64,000 nt of DNA. Origin: Chiloscyllium plagiosum. Its lineage: Eukaryota. Both the position numbers and the translations under genes were made by a program. The first letter of the stretch is position 1; every line of letters begins with the position of its first letter. Under the pieces are notes generated by a model. It worked only from the letters and a program-made list of their open reading frames with translations, did not search any database and was not told the DNA's origin. The stretch spans positions 15,456,589-15,520,588 of the forward strand of contig NC_057719.1 of the NCBI RefSeq assembly GCF_004010195.1, given 5' to 3'. Below, piece after piece: positions 23,961-37,110 of the stretch.

Positions 23961-25863
23961 CATTTACTTAAATTTATCACCTGTACATTCTATGATCTGT
24001 GAATCACAGGAAAGCCTCCTTCAATATGCAATGAATTACTCAGTCGAACCATATTTATATCACTCTTAAAATTCCAGAATTAAAACTTCTATTTAGCTAT
24101 TATTTGCAAATTTTATCTACTATAGATCTTGTTACTTCCTGTAAGTCATATTGAAGATACAAACCATGGGCCTTAAGTCAGAAACTTGCACCATTGCCTT
24201 GCCTGCGTCATCAGGACCCTTGAATAGGGCAACAAAAAGGAAATAATGGAATAAGTGACTTATGTGATTGCTTATAAAGGTCTAGTCTTTTTCTTTGACC
24301 TTTGACTGTAAAGTTACACAAATCTTGCCAATGACATTTGGAATCTTATTTTTATAGCTCTTCCTGCCTCTGTAAACATGAGTAATTACGGTTTTGCTGA
24401 ATTTCACCACCATTTAATGGTAGAGTCACCTGACAGTGGTGTAATTTATCGCTAATAGTTTCTTTGATTCCATTGCTTACGTGACTAAATGTGAGCTAGA
24501 CTCCCACATGCGAAGTATCACCCTGCTCAGTTTTGTGACATTATGACAATGTAATCTAAACTGAAGCAGTCTGATAGATTCTGCCAAAAAGGTTTCAACT
24601 TATGGACATTGCACTTCTGAGTGTCATTTTTCAGCATTGTATAAAAACTGGCTACCAAGACTTTGTGCAAACCTGTTTATATACACATCCAATGCTAGAA
24701 AATGAAATGACTATTTGGTTTCCAATTTGCTACTATTGCGGTAATATGAACCTTATAAATTTACATGCTGACTGAACAGTTATGTAACTGAAATACAAGA
24801 TTTTATTAAAATGAAGAATGTTCAAACGCTTGTTATATGCACTTGATTGAATTGTTGACTTTTATAGTCACCTGACATTGCAGCACATGGGTTTCAGCCT
24901 GCTTGTATTCTTGGATCAAGAAAAGTTTGTTTTCTGCCTAAGTTCAAATTAGCATAATTTTTCTATAATTTTCAATATTTTTTCTAAACAATACATCTTG
25001 ATTCTCATTGTAATAAAGTTTGTAATATGCAGTAGTCTATCTCCCTTTTCCTATAAATCCAGCTTGGTGTTAGTTTGAAATCTTTGACCCACAGAGTTTT
25101 AAGTGCTTAAGGCTAAAACTTAATGCTGTGGACGAAGATGCATCAGATAAACTGCGCACACTGTATCATCATCATCACATCTCCCTTCCTTCTCTCTTTT
25201 TCTTTCTGTATATCTCACACACATTCACTTACAGGCACACGTGTGCACACAAACATCATCTGTGCACACAATGATGAAAGGTCATCTTGACTTGAAGCAT
25301 TAATTCTCTTTTTCTCTATAGCTGGTCAGGCAGCATCTGACTGTTCCCAGCACTTCTATTATAATTTCACATCTGTGGCATCCACAATCTTCTGCTTTTA
25401 TGCTATTGTTTGATCTGAGATCTATTGTAAAGTTTGGACAAATACCCCAAACCTTTAACAGGTTCTAGAAGAAATCATTTCTTGTCACTGCTGCTGTATG
25501 CGCAAGTGAATCTCTTTGGACTTCAACATTGATAATGACACTGTTTCTTGTTGCGATTTTCTTCTCACTGTTTCCCATGAAGGACTCAAGAGCATTTATG
25601 TCAGTGTGATTTTGAACTGCTTGACTTACAAAATGACTCCAATAGAGATGAGATTTTGTAGCTTGTGCATTGCTGGATAGATATTCTGTTGCACTCATGT
25701 CAGTGGATTAGAAATGCTGATATTTTGGGTTTATAGTTTATAGGCATTAGGTACAATGAATTATCATTTTCTTTTCAATTATTTGGAAAAACAAAATCTA
25801 ATCAGGTGGCTTTTGCATCATCAAACGTCTGTTTTCTTTCTATCTCTCATATCGGTCTCTTAG

Positions 25864-26040
25864 GTCCTAGAGTATGAATATGAGCCAGAAATGGAGGACA
25901 CATACAGAAGCAGCATGTTCAAAACATTCCGGAAAACACTAGATGATGGCTTTTTCCCCTTCATCATTGTCGATGCCATCAACAACAGGGTCAAACATTT
26001 TGAGCAGTTATGGAGTGCAGCCAAAACTAAAGGCTTTGAG
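25864..26040 (+). CDS. YLPM1: YLPM1 exon D (Walker B-like FIIVDAIN)
   Basis: ctcttAG / GTGAGT; 177 nt; VLEYEYEPEMEDTYRSSMFKTFRKTLDDGFFPFIIVDAINNRVKHFEQLWSAAKTKGFE. Confidence 0.96.
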
Positions 26041-26636
26041 GTGAGTTAGCAGCCTCCATTTATATAACATAGATAAACATTCAAGCTGTTTTACAGAGTT
26101 GCCATCAGGGAGATATTTGATGTAGAACAAAAGTGGAAGATATAGAAGAGGTTCTCAAAAGTCTTGACAGAGTGGTGAGTTTTAAGGAGAAGGTTGCAGA
26201 GTGAAGTTGTTTATGGCAGAAATTCCAAACATGTAGCCTTGTAGCCTACATGATCAGCTGCCAAGCAGTAAAAACGTTCATTCAGGATGCTTTTCATGAT
26301 TTATAAAATATTCTATTAACTTTAAGTAACCTCACTTTAAGGTTCCAAATTTTAGGTTCCAAATAGTCTCACCCCCATTGGTGAAAGGGGAAGGATGGGA
26401 AGAGAAGGAAAACAAAACTTGATAAATTATTTTTAATCTGTATAAATATTTAAATATTTTCAAAAAGGCAGAGAAAATATTGAATTGTCACTTACTTGAC
26501 TGCTTTAAGCACTTCATCAGTAATTATATTGTTTGAATTTGAACAGTGATATGTTGTTCTGTCAACTTGATCTTTGAGTTGTGAGCGAACGCTGGATGCA
26601 CTAGTGGGATTTCCACCACCTAATTTCTCTTTCTAG

Positions 26637-26720
26637 GTTTATATTGCAGAAATGAGTGCAGATAATCAAACCTGTGCCAAGAGGAACATTCATGGACGTA
26701 AACTAAAGGAAATCAACAAG
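26637..26720 (+). CDS. YLPM1: YLPM1 exon E
   Basis: ctctttctAG / GTGAAT; 84 nt; VYIAEMSADNQTCAKRNIHGRKLKEINK. Confidence 0.96.
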
Positions 26721-26999
26721 GTGAATAATCAGAGTTTTCATTTCTTTAAGCTTTTGAAGGTGACCTGACATCATAGTTTAGCATCATGCTGAAGAATTTA
26801 ACTGTTTTTAGGTTTCTAGAGTTGCCTTTGAGAAGTTTGTCCTTTGTGGCAGGGGAAGGTGTGGGTGTAAAACTGACATTCCATCTGATTTCATATGTTC
26901 CTGTCTGTCCGATTAATTTTAAATTATCCCTTAGGCTCTTCTGTGAAGTCTTTCTAGAGTTTCTCTGTCAGCCTATAGAGCAACTCCCATACCGATCCT

Positions 27000-29890
27000 T
27001 AGATTCAAACTAGGAAATGCCAACTTTGTTCTTTTTCCTGCTCCCCCTACTTAATTTATATCATCTGGATTTGCCTATTTCACATTTGCTATCTTGTATA
27101 CCATTCAGGTGCCTTCTTTCCAGTTTGAAAATTCACCAGTCTTTCAGACTTCATATCCTAGATGTGTGCCATCGGAGTTAGTCTTATGGTCCTTCACTAC
27201 AGTGCTTCCAGGATTTCAATGTTTCCCTTGTCAACCATCTGGACCATTGGCTTTAGTCTGCACATGAAACAAGCACAATATAAATATAACTTCCTGTGAC
27301 TTGCATTTCAATCGTTTTCACTATGAAGTTGAATATTCCTTCAGTTTCAGTGGCGGGCAAATTTAATTGGAGCCAACTAAAATTTCTTGGTCTTGTCTTG
27401 ATGTATGTTCAACTCTTGTCAGCAATATGAAAAGGGTTGCTTATTTTTCCCCTTCAATGTGCACTGTTTTGCTTTTGTGTTTTACTAAATTTCATTTGCT
27501 TTTCTTCTGCCAGCAAAGGTTTAGTCAAGCCAACTCTAATTCTTGATTTCCTCTGAGTCCGTTGTCCTTCCAAAGTCAGTGGTGACAAATTCAGCTGCCT
27601 TGTATTGAGTTTTTGAGTCCAGATCATTTATGAAAATGGAACAAGATTATGTTTTCCCATCTTACTTATTTTTGAACCTTTCTAAGCTATACTTCTGGCA
27701 CCAAAAATAATATCTTCATCTAGAGATAGAGTATTAAAATGTTTTTGCAAGGAATATCAAGTTTAGCCAATCTTATTAAATTCTTGACAGAAGTAAGAAA
27801 CAAATGAAGAGCACTACAGTGCATGTCCTAAGAATTGACGTTCCAAATGACTGTCAGTAAAATGCTACGTGAGAAACTCATAATTTAGTTAAGAGAATTA
27901 GGCCAGGTAGCAAAATGGATTTTAAAAAAAGGATATGAAAGAGAAGCAGTTAACAGTTTCATGAAATTTCTTTGTTGGAAATGGTGGCCAGCAGGAACGT
28001 GTCCTGAGAATATTTTTGCACAAATTATCTAGATTTAGTAGTTTACACTGTGCTGTTTAAATTTGCAGATGATGATGTTGTTGTGTATGTTTGTAAGTCT
28101 TGGGGTGTGAGGAAGATTGCTGTAACCAATAATATGGAGAACTGCACCAAAATTTAGAAAGCTATTGCAATGTTTTCTGATTGACTGAATAAATGGTGAT
28201 TTAATATAAACGTGAAATGGTCCCTGTTGATTGGAGCAATAATGAGGATACTTCAGCTTTGAAATTTAACAAAGTAAATAATGTGGAAAGCTAAAGAATT
28301 GTTAATTTATATTGCTCCTTCATTGGAATGCACTTATGTTCTCCAGTTCTTGACTCTGTACAGCAGAAAGCGTATTGACGTACTAGGGAAAAATAATACA
28401 GAAAATATTTATGAAGGTGTTAACAGAATTGAGGGATGTAACGTTTAATAAAGAATTGGACAGTCTCTGAATGGGGGTCTTCAACATTGAGCTGGTTTGA
28501 ATGTTCAAAAAGTGTTCTCACTTGTGGCTAGCTCTAGAATAAAGCTGTATAAGTATTTTAGCCAATTACAGCTCGGATAATTAAATACATAAGAATTTCT
28601 TTCCACACTCTGTGGAATTTATTAATCTGTGGAGTTCACTCAACCTAATGGACATATACCCTACCAGCTTTTACATTCGGTTCCTCTTGTAAACTTTACC
28701 TGTTGTACCCGCATACTAACTTCTTGCGATTCATACACTACAACACCCAAATCTCTCTGGTTCTCACCATCTGGATAAAATGCTTTTTTCTCATTCTTCC
28801 TGCCAAAATGGACAACTTTGTATCATTTCAAAGTTATACTCCATTTGCAAGATTTTTGTCCATTCACTTAACCTATCTGTGTCTTTTTCTAACCACCCTA
28901 TGACTGCTTCACAACTTATTTTTCTATCTATCTTTGTCCCGTCAGCAAATATATCAATCGTGTCTTCGGTTCCTTCATCCTCGTCATTTACATAAATAGT
29001 GGGGAACTGCGATCACCAGCACTGATCCCTGTCATACACCACTGGTTACATAATGTCAACCAGAAAACAGCCCATTTAAGCCCACTTAACGTTTTCTGCT
29101 AACCAGGCTGTCTTCTATCTATATCACTATGTTGTCCCTTGCACTATGAGTTTTTATTTTCCATAATAAAGTTTGTGACACCTCATCAAATGCTTTCTAG
29201 AAATATAAGTATATTATATCCACTGGCTCCCTTTTATCCACAGCAGTTGTTACTTCCTCAAAGAAATCCAGTAAATTGGCTGACTGTGATTATCCTTTCC
29301 CAAATTCAGAATGACTGTTTAATTACAGGTCATTACGCTTTTACATGCGTTTCATCAACGCAAATTTGCTGTAAAATGGTTGACGGGTTTGGGACGTTGT
29401 ATCTAAAGTGCGAACTTTCTATATTGTGGGATCGCGCAAGATCGTAACCATTGTATTACAGAAGAACTCACTGTACTCAAATTTGTCCAAGTGCCATGCT
29501 ATAACTTCTTTTATAATAGCTTACAAAATTTTCTCTATGACAGATGTTAACCTAACTGGATGGTAGTTTCCTGCTTTCTGTCTTCCTTTTTGAATAACAG
29601 ACTTAGATTTGCTGTTTTTCAACTAAGCAAGCTCACCTGAATTTAGGTAGCTTTGGAAAATTAAACTTACACAAACCGCTTCCTGTAAGATTCTAGGATG
29701 AAGTCCATTCGGACCTAGGGACTGAGCCCATAACTCCAACAATTTGATCAGTAGCACTTCCGTGGAATTTTAAATTTCCAGATTTCTCCCTCCCTTCCAA
29801 TTCATGATTTAAGCTATTACGGTGATGTAACTTCTGTCTTCTGTGGACAAAAATGATGCAAAGTACTTGTTCAATTCATCTGCTGTCTTT
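27000..29890. mobile_element. Old CR1 fragments in both orientations
   Basis: aaatttgcagatgatgat (KFADD, +) near 28060; atcgtgtcttcggttccttcatcctcgtcatttac (-) near 28960. Confidence 0.6.
29326..29473. mobile_element. Tc1/mariner-type MITE, TA-flanked
   Basis: TA|caggtcattacgcttttac ... gtattacagaagaactcactg|TA; imperfect CAG-starting TIRs; CpG-rich; interrupts a CR1 fragment. Confidence 0.6.
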
Positions 29891-30178
29891 TTTATATTGC
29901 TCACTTCCAAGAAACTCTACAATACTGATATCTACCATGAAAATTTCACTTCCTCCCTCATTCAGTAAGTTGATACTACGCAGAAAGACTGGAGTCTCTT
30001 GCTTTATCATTCATATTCAAGACCAGGATTGGAAAGCAAAAAATTATCATCAAAGTTGCAACAAATAGTTCTTAGCAGCTATTCTCATTTATTATATACT
30101 AATTAAAATTATTATTCATAAAGTCATCAAACACTGGCTTAGACTATTGATTAACATGTATTTTTTGATTATTTATAG

Positions 30179-30262
30179 ATGGCTGAACATTGGGATTCAA
30201 CTCCCCGCCACATGTTACGTTTAGACGTCAGATCACTGCTCCAAGATGCTGCAATTGAAGAA
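30179..30262 (+). CDS. YLPM1: YLPM1 exon F
   Basis: atttatAG / GTAAGT; 84 nt; MAEHWDSTPRHMLRLDVRSLLQDAAIEE. Confidence 0.96.
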
Positions 30263-31765
30263 GTAAGTGACCCAGGCTGTATTCAGGCTTGCCATTATCT
30301 TCTATTTTAGGATTGTAGTAACATTTTGCAGGCTTGCAATTACATTAGGTTGCCAGCTGAATGCTTTTATTTATATTTGAGCTGTTAGTCATAATTGGAA
30401 ATGGTGAAAGAACATAAGAAGACAAAGAGAGCAATTTTCTCTTTACATAAACTCAGTGACTAGTCAGACCACAGAAAGCATCTATACATGCAGTACTGAT
30501 GTCACATGAACAATTCCATGTACAGTGACATTGGAGCCTTCGCATATGTAAACAGCATCCACTGTGGCTGCTGCAGGGGTAGGGAGTAGCAAAGAGACAA
30601 GATAAAGCTATCTTCCCCAGCGAGTAGATCTCTGCTACCTCATCATTCACTGCCTGGCATTTGTTCACTGGTGAGCAGCCATCAATGTTTTAGAACATAT
30701 GCTGTGTGATTACCAGCAAAAGGCATTTACAAGTTTGTTGGATCCACAATTGAGAGTTTTGGTCAGGCAGAAGGAGTGGCTAGGAATATGTAGGCTGCAA
30801 ACCCTCAAAGTTAACTTTAAACTGAAAAACAGAGATGAGGCTTCTGGCAGCTACAGTTTTGTTTCCTTGTAGTGACTTGCCACTGCAAACCTATGTTCCT
30901 GCGTTAGCATTCGTTGTGCCATCTAGTTGTGACATTCCCATCAAATAATGCAGCCTTTTATTTAAGAAAAATTCATAGGTTTGTCAACCAGGATCTTTAC
31001 CTTCCAAATTTAGCTGGCGACTAAAGTCTCCTTCACCTTAACCCCCAGAGTTGTGTAGCACCTTTGCCATTGAGGTTGCACTTCTACTTTATCTATACAA
31101 GAGCAAATTATTCCATTTGTAAATTAACATATTTCAGTTGTCTGATTGTTTTCTTTCTTTACTAAAAGTCTGAAGTTGATTCAGTGGTGTAGGGTTAATT
31201 ACCTTTTCATCATACTGTAACATCTTTGAATTTAAGACACCTAAGTTCACGTTCCCTTTTATAGAAAATTATGTGCAATAAAAGTAGAAAATGCTGCAAA
31301 CAGCATCTGTGGAGAGAGAAACAAAGTAAACATTTTGACCTGATGATATTTCATGTTTTTTTTAACCTCTTCAGATACTACTTAACATGCTGAAAGTACC
31401 CACATTTTCCATTTTTATTTCAGATCTGAGGCATCCCAGTATTTTCTTTTGAATAGAATACATTCTCATTTTAAAAATTGCTGAGTGTTGAGTCTGTGGT
31501 TCAAGTTTAATTTGTTTTCAGTTCATCATTAGTGTTGTGAGCGACAGTACAGCAAACAAGTGCTTTATAGAAATGCATGAAATTTAGATGGCAAGCCATC
31601 CATTATGCATTTATGCATCTGAAATTCGTAACTAAGTTTGTCAATTGCTTGGTAATTATTGTTTGCATCTCTTCGTATTGTCTAATGAACCATCAAAGGG
31701 AAGAGAATCAGTTAAATGCAGAACTTCTTTCTGAAACTTCATTTGTATAAATTTTTATTCTAAAG

Positions 31766-31876
31766 GTTGAAATGGAGGATTTTGATCCAAATACTGAGCA
31801 GCAGCCACAGCAAGAGGAAGAACAGCAACAAGACGACTCTAAGAAGGATGCTGCTGATGATGAAGAGTGTGAGACG
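31766..31876 (+). CDS. YLPM1: YLPM1 exon G (acidic, Gln-rich linker)
   Basis: ttctaaAG / GTAGGA; 111 nt; VEMEDFDPNTEQQPQQEEEQQQDDSKKDAADDEECET. Confidence 0.93.
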
Positions 31877-32207
31877 GTAGGAAATGTTGTCGCAGAATTA
31901 AGTTCTTTACCTTCTTCAAGTGAAATTTCTTCCTAGTACACTTACATACTGGTGTACCTGTCAGTAAGAAATTCAGTATTATGTTCCTGCTTAGTATAGG
32001 AAACATCGGTACTGTTTTAAAAAAACGTTTTGGAGCCTTGCGATCTTAGTATGAAATCTGTGATCTATTGACCAGGCATTAAGTTCATGTTATAAGTCTG
32101 GTAAATAGAACACAATTATTAGTCATAAATGAAAGATTGATTTTTATGTAATCTAACCAGTCTTGAATAAATCTGTCTGTTGCAACTATGTAAAGTTATA
32201 GATATTT

Positions 32208-32553
32208 ACAGAATGCCACATAGTGTGGGAACAGGCCATTCAGCCCAACAAGTCCACACTGACCCTCTGAAGAGCATCCTATCCAAACCCATCTCCCTAT
32301 ATTTCCTATATTTCCCATGACTAATGCACCTAACGCATACATCCCTAAGACTCTTGAGCAATTTAGTATGGCCAATCAACCTAACCTGCACATCTTTGGA
32401 CTGTGGTGGAAACTGGAGCACCCAGTGAAAACACACACAGACACAAGGAGAACTTGCAAACTCAACACAGACAGTTACCTGAGGGTGGAATTAAACATTG
32501 GTCCCTGGTGCTGTGAGGCAGCAGGGCTAACCACTGAGCCACCATGCTGCCCC
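32208..32553 (-). mobile_element. HE1-like tRNA-derived SINE
   Basis: Minus strand ggggcagcatggtggctcagtggttagc..cctcacagcaccagggacc head, with a CR1-like tail. Confidence 0.88.
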
Positions 32554-33339
32554 CAAATATCTTATCACAACTAATAATATAGTTAAACATGCAATATCGA
32601 TATATGTAGAAATATTAAGACTAAGCAAAATAGCCCTTATTAAATTAATGGATTCTGATTGTGACTACATTATGGAATATAGTTGTTTATAGGTTGAAGT
32701 CAATTGCCTGAGTTTAGTAATGATGCAACGGCACTTAATCTGCCCATAAAAATATAGCGATTTATCATCGTTTCCAAGTCAGAATGATGACTATCTTCTG
32801 TGCACTAGCTGAGGTGACACTGAATAGATAATAAGCCATTCACACCTAAGTAGTTACAGATAGCAAACCAGGAAATTAAAGTTCTGAACTCTTTCACTTT
32901 TAATTTAAATTTTCAAATTGTGAACTAGTACAGAATACAATTTGCTGTCAGTTTCAATAATGATTACAAAAGCCATTAGTTTTGCTGCCATGATCACCAC
33001 AATACCAAGCCAGTGTTGCCAAAAGTCTGCTTTATCAATGTATGCTTTAAGTCATTCAACTGTATGTAACAGAAGTTTTTTTTATGTGATCATAATCAGC
33101 AGTCAGTGTGAGTGGTCCACGATGTGACAAGTATCAGTGGTTTAAAGTACCTGGATAGAATTTTGGCAAAGTTCTTTGATACTGAAAAGTAGTTTATGAA
33201 AGGAAAGTTTTTTATTTAAATTATCTCAGGAGGTGACAGTGTGTGTCACATTCATCAGAGTAAAGCATAGTTACTGCTGCAGAAATTATGATGCCCAATT
33301 AGTGTAGAGCTGAGTCCCACAGGTTAGAAGGAAATAAAT

Positions 33340-33580
33340 AAACAAATTATCTCTTAATTTTGGTAGCTGGATAAATGTTGGCCAAGACACTGAGAATTCA
33401 TCTACTCATTTTCCAATGATGCTCAGAGTTTTTCTCATCCCCTTCAAAGGGAAGGCTGGGGTTCTCAGTTTAATATTTGATTTAAAAATATGTCCCCCAA
33501 CAACACAAGCATCCATATTACCAAACTAAGGCTTAAATTCACAACCTTTTGACTGAGGCATGTATGGTATCACAGAACCA
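33340..33580 (-). mobile_element. Old Deu-domain SINE fragment
   Basis: ggataaatgttggccaagacactgagaattc..ctcagtttaat resembles the reverse complement of 41150-41480. Confidence 0.5.
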
Positions 33581-34871
33581 AGATTTTATTTTTTAGAAGA
33601 AGCAACTCCTATCTCCTCTTCATATTTTTACTAAAAATTATAGAGAGTAGAATTCTTTTCCAGTGTTAGCAGTTGAAGCAGCTTTAGCTTTGTTGGGTAG
33701 TTGGATGAAAAAGGAGTTGAGGACCTATGCTAACACAAAAAGGACATATGATTTGAACTGTTTGATTGCATAGAAAGATATGGGTATTTGAATGAAGTGG
33801 TCTGCTGTTATAACTTATATTTCTGTGTACTGTAGATGCACAAATGGAATCTTGTTAGACGATTACACTTCTGCAGTTAGTTGACATTCAGTGTGTAATG
33901 CAGTGTATCCCTATATATTTCTTACTGACACGAATACCTTTTGAGAAGCTTACTCTGAAAGATATCGCAAGATCTGATTATGTCTTTCCTGGTTCAATAA
34001 AATTAAGTTTAAGCTTCATTGTTACAGACTACTTCAGAAGATTTTCAGTAAACGTGTGCTATCTGTAATTCTTTGAATTACTGAAATATTTAGGCTTTTT
34101 GCTATAAAAATGAGGTAGGTTGTAGTAATTTGCTGTATGTTATTAGAATGCTAGTTTTAATTTTAGATAACTACAGACATGTTGAATTTTGAGAATCAGG
34201 AATAAATCTTAAGCTTTGGAATTCCATCCATAAAATAATCTTTCCGTTCAGCATGACCAATGCTGTTTTAAAATATATTTGTTTTCACATCTGTCGCTCA
34301 TGACGACACAATTTTCAACCATGCAAATGCAATCTTTTGTTTTCCAAATAACATCTATTTTTGGAAACGAGGAGATATTCTTTCCTCTGACACTACTCTA
34401 AAACTCATTTGAATCATATAAATTCTTTTGTTGTACCACTTGTAAGGATGCCTGAAGTTTGGGATTACACTGAACCTAGCAATTTAATTTCCAAAGCATT
34501 GGCTTTTTTTATGTGGCAGATACATTTATTTTGTCATTACTGAATTATACGAATAGACTTGGAGAAATTTCAAATTTGAAAGTAGTATATAAGGAAAGTT
34601 GATATAACTGCTTCATTATTAAGCATCTGCATATGTTCATGTATATTCATTGTGTAGGTCATGTTTGGGGAATACGTGAGAGAAAAAGACACATTTTTCA
34701 AGTGAACCACCATTATTTCCTTCATACTGTGGTATCTTGATTGTGTTTTTCTCTTGGCTTGTGTTGCATTCTTTTCCTGATGGACAGAGTCATTATCTTC
34801 AATACTATATAGTGTTAAACATTTCACTCTAACCAGATAAGCTTCTCTATGTGTGTGTGTGTATGATTTAG

Positions 34872-34923
34872 GGTTTCGTGACAAAAAGCAAATGGGAAAT
34901 GGACACATCGGAGGAAAGTCTAG
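34872..34923 (+). CDS. YLPM1: YLPM1 exon H (52 nt, phase 0 to 1)
   Basis: atttAG / GTAGGT; GFVTKSKWEMDTSEESL plus 1 nt, matching recalled GYIPKSKWEMDTSEAKL; phase fits the next exon. Confidence 0.92.
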
Positions 34924-36574
34924 GTAGGTACTGATCTTTTTCTTCTTTGACTGAAGGTCATGGTTTTAAAAGCTAACCACAAAGATGTTGGTATCCTTGG
35001 ATTTCCAATAGTACATCCTTATAGTACTTTTCCATGATATCCAATTAATAACCAGTTTGATGAGAACATTTAATTGAAGGTTGGGCAGTTATTGCCTATA
35101 GTGGACCAGGGAATACTTAGCAATATTTTGCTGAACCTCTTGTCAAAAGACACTGACTTGTGGAGTATAATAAACTATTAATGCTTGGATAAAAGCAAGT
35201 GAATTTTACTTAAATCGTTGCTGATTGTTTGCTCTGTCGTATTTGATTGCTTTACTGTGAGTCTGTGCTGTGAGAACACCAATTTTACTGCAGCATTATA
35301 AACTACTGAATGATAGATGATGCACAGTGAAACTTGAAAGCTGACACTGTATCAGTCTGCAGTGAGTCAATTGAAGATGCTATGTGTTTGTAATCAATAC
35401 GTCCTCTACAATTCAGTTATTTTGTAGTTTTAAGTATAAAAAATGTACAATATCAATATTCTACTTCCAGAATTTTCATGAAACATATTGTGGATTCAAA
35501 AAAGATCTTTTTGCATGGTGCATTAGTAATTAAAATGTAGATGTGGATACATTACTGAATACATGTCGTGTTAAACGTCCTATGTAGTAAACATGTTGCA
35601 ATACATATTATTTTAATAACCTTTGTGAATGCAGTGAACTGTTCACCAGCATGGACCCTGTCTTTAATGATCCATTGTACATATTGGGAGTGAAAATGCA
35701 GTGCGGGTGACTTACCTTACCGTTCAATGTATGTGAAATTTTGGCAGAAACTTAGTTCGCATCTTGAGAACGTAAAACTTTTAATGATATTCAAAGTTCC
35801 CTAACTTGGTCAAAATTGAAAGGGAACAGTTTGGCTGGCAGTCAGATTTGTATATTTGTACTGCTCCAATTTCTTGAAATATGTTTATCACAGACTTGTC
35901 ATTTTATAGTGACGTGAGTCCAGCACCTTGCTATGGGATAGTATTTTGCTAGCCAGTCACACAGATAAGTTTGCATTTATTGGGATCACAGTGTACAATT
36001 AAATTCAGTCAGTGGTGAATAGATTAATCTTGTAACTTCCTTTCCTAAGAATATGTGAAACCCTTTACATTTGGTATACCAATTAGAGCTACTTATTGGC
36101 AATGACTTGTGATAGGAGGTGACTAGGGCTGTGCCCAATTATTTAAAAGTTTAATTTGTTTAAGAAAGATGTGGTAATTATTAACATGGGCCTGTTCAGT
36201 TTGTATAAATACACATCAAAAAATTTGTCACAGAGGATAGTTTATCAAAATTTTTTTCATTGGCAGTGTATCCTCCAATTATTCCAGCATTCATTGAATA
36301 TCAAATAGCCGTCTAATTACATTGCATGCTTCTGTTGCATTCCTGTATTACACGTGAATAGAATATTCTGACTAGGCAAGTCAATTTTCACACCTGTGCA
36401 CTCTTGAATTTGTTCATCAATCATCAAATAAAGTCCCCTTGTACCCTAGCTATTAAACCTGTGGATGTTTACCCTGTCACCTTAGAACCACAGTGTGCCC
36501 AGCTATAACATTTTGTTCCTACAGCTGGACACTCAACTTCATTTGTTTTTATATTTGTTACTCCATAGAGCTTG

Positions 36575-37110
36575 ATTGATTGTTTTCTCATCTACCGGGA
36601 TGCAGTGAAAAGTGTTGTTTTGTGTGCTGTAGAGGCAGATCGTACCATACAAAGTACACCCAGATATCAAAACAGAATGCAGAATACAGTGTTACAGCAG
36701 CAGAGAAGGTGCAGAGAGAGATCAGAATTAACATTTGAAAGGTCTGTTCAAAAGTCTGACAATAGCAGGGAAGAAGCTGTTCTTGAATCTAGTTGTCTGT
36801 GTATTCGGGCTTTTATATCAGCTGCCTGATGAAAGAGAGTGGAAAAGAGTAGAAACGGAGTGGAGGTGTCTTTGATTATGTTGGTTGCTTTCCCAAGGCA
36901 GCGGAAAGTATAGATGGACTCAGTGGACGAAATTCTGGATCAGTGGCTAGTTTGCCTGATGCACTGGGCTCTGTTCATGACTCTGTTGTTTTGCTGTCTT
37001 GGGAACAGCATGTCGCCATACCACACTGTGATGCATCCAATTAGGATGCTTTCTATGGTGTATCTACAAAAATTGGTAATAATCCTTGTGGACATGCTGA
37101 ATTTCCTTAA
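36575..37110 (-). mobile_element. Rex1/Babar-type LINE 3' fragment
   Basis: Minus strand reads TNFCRYTIESILIGCITVWYG; related to 50420-50800. Confidence 0.75.

Noticed and set aside
32780..32825. ATGATGA ... CTGA as a box C/D snoRNA
   Set aside because: Spacing is too short and there is no terminal stem.
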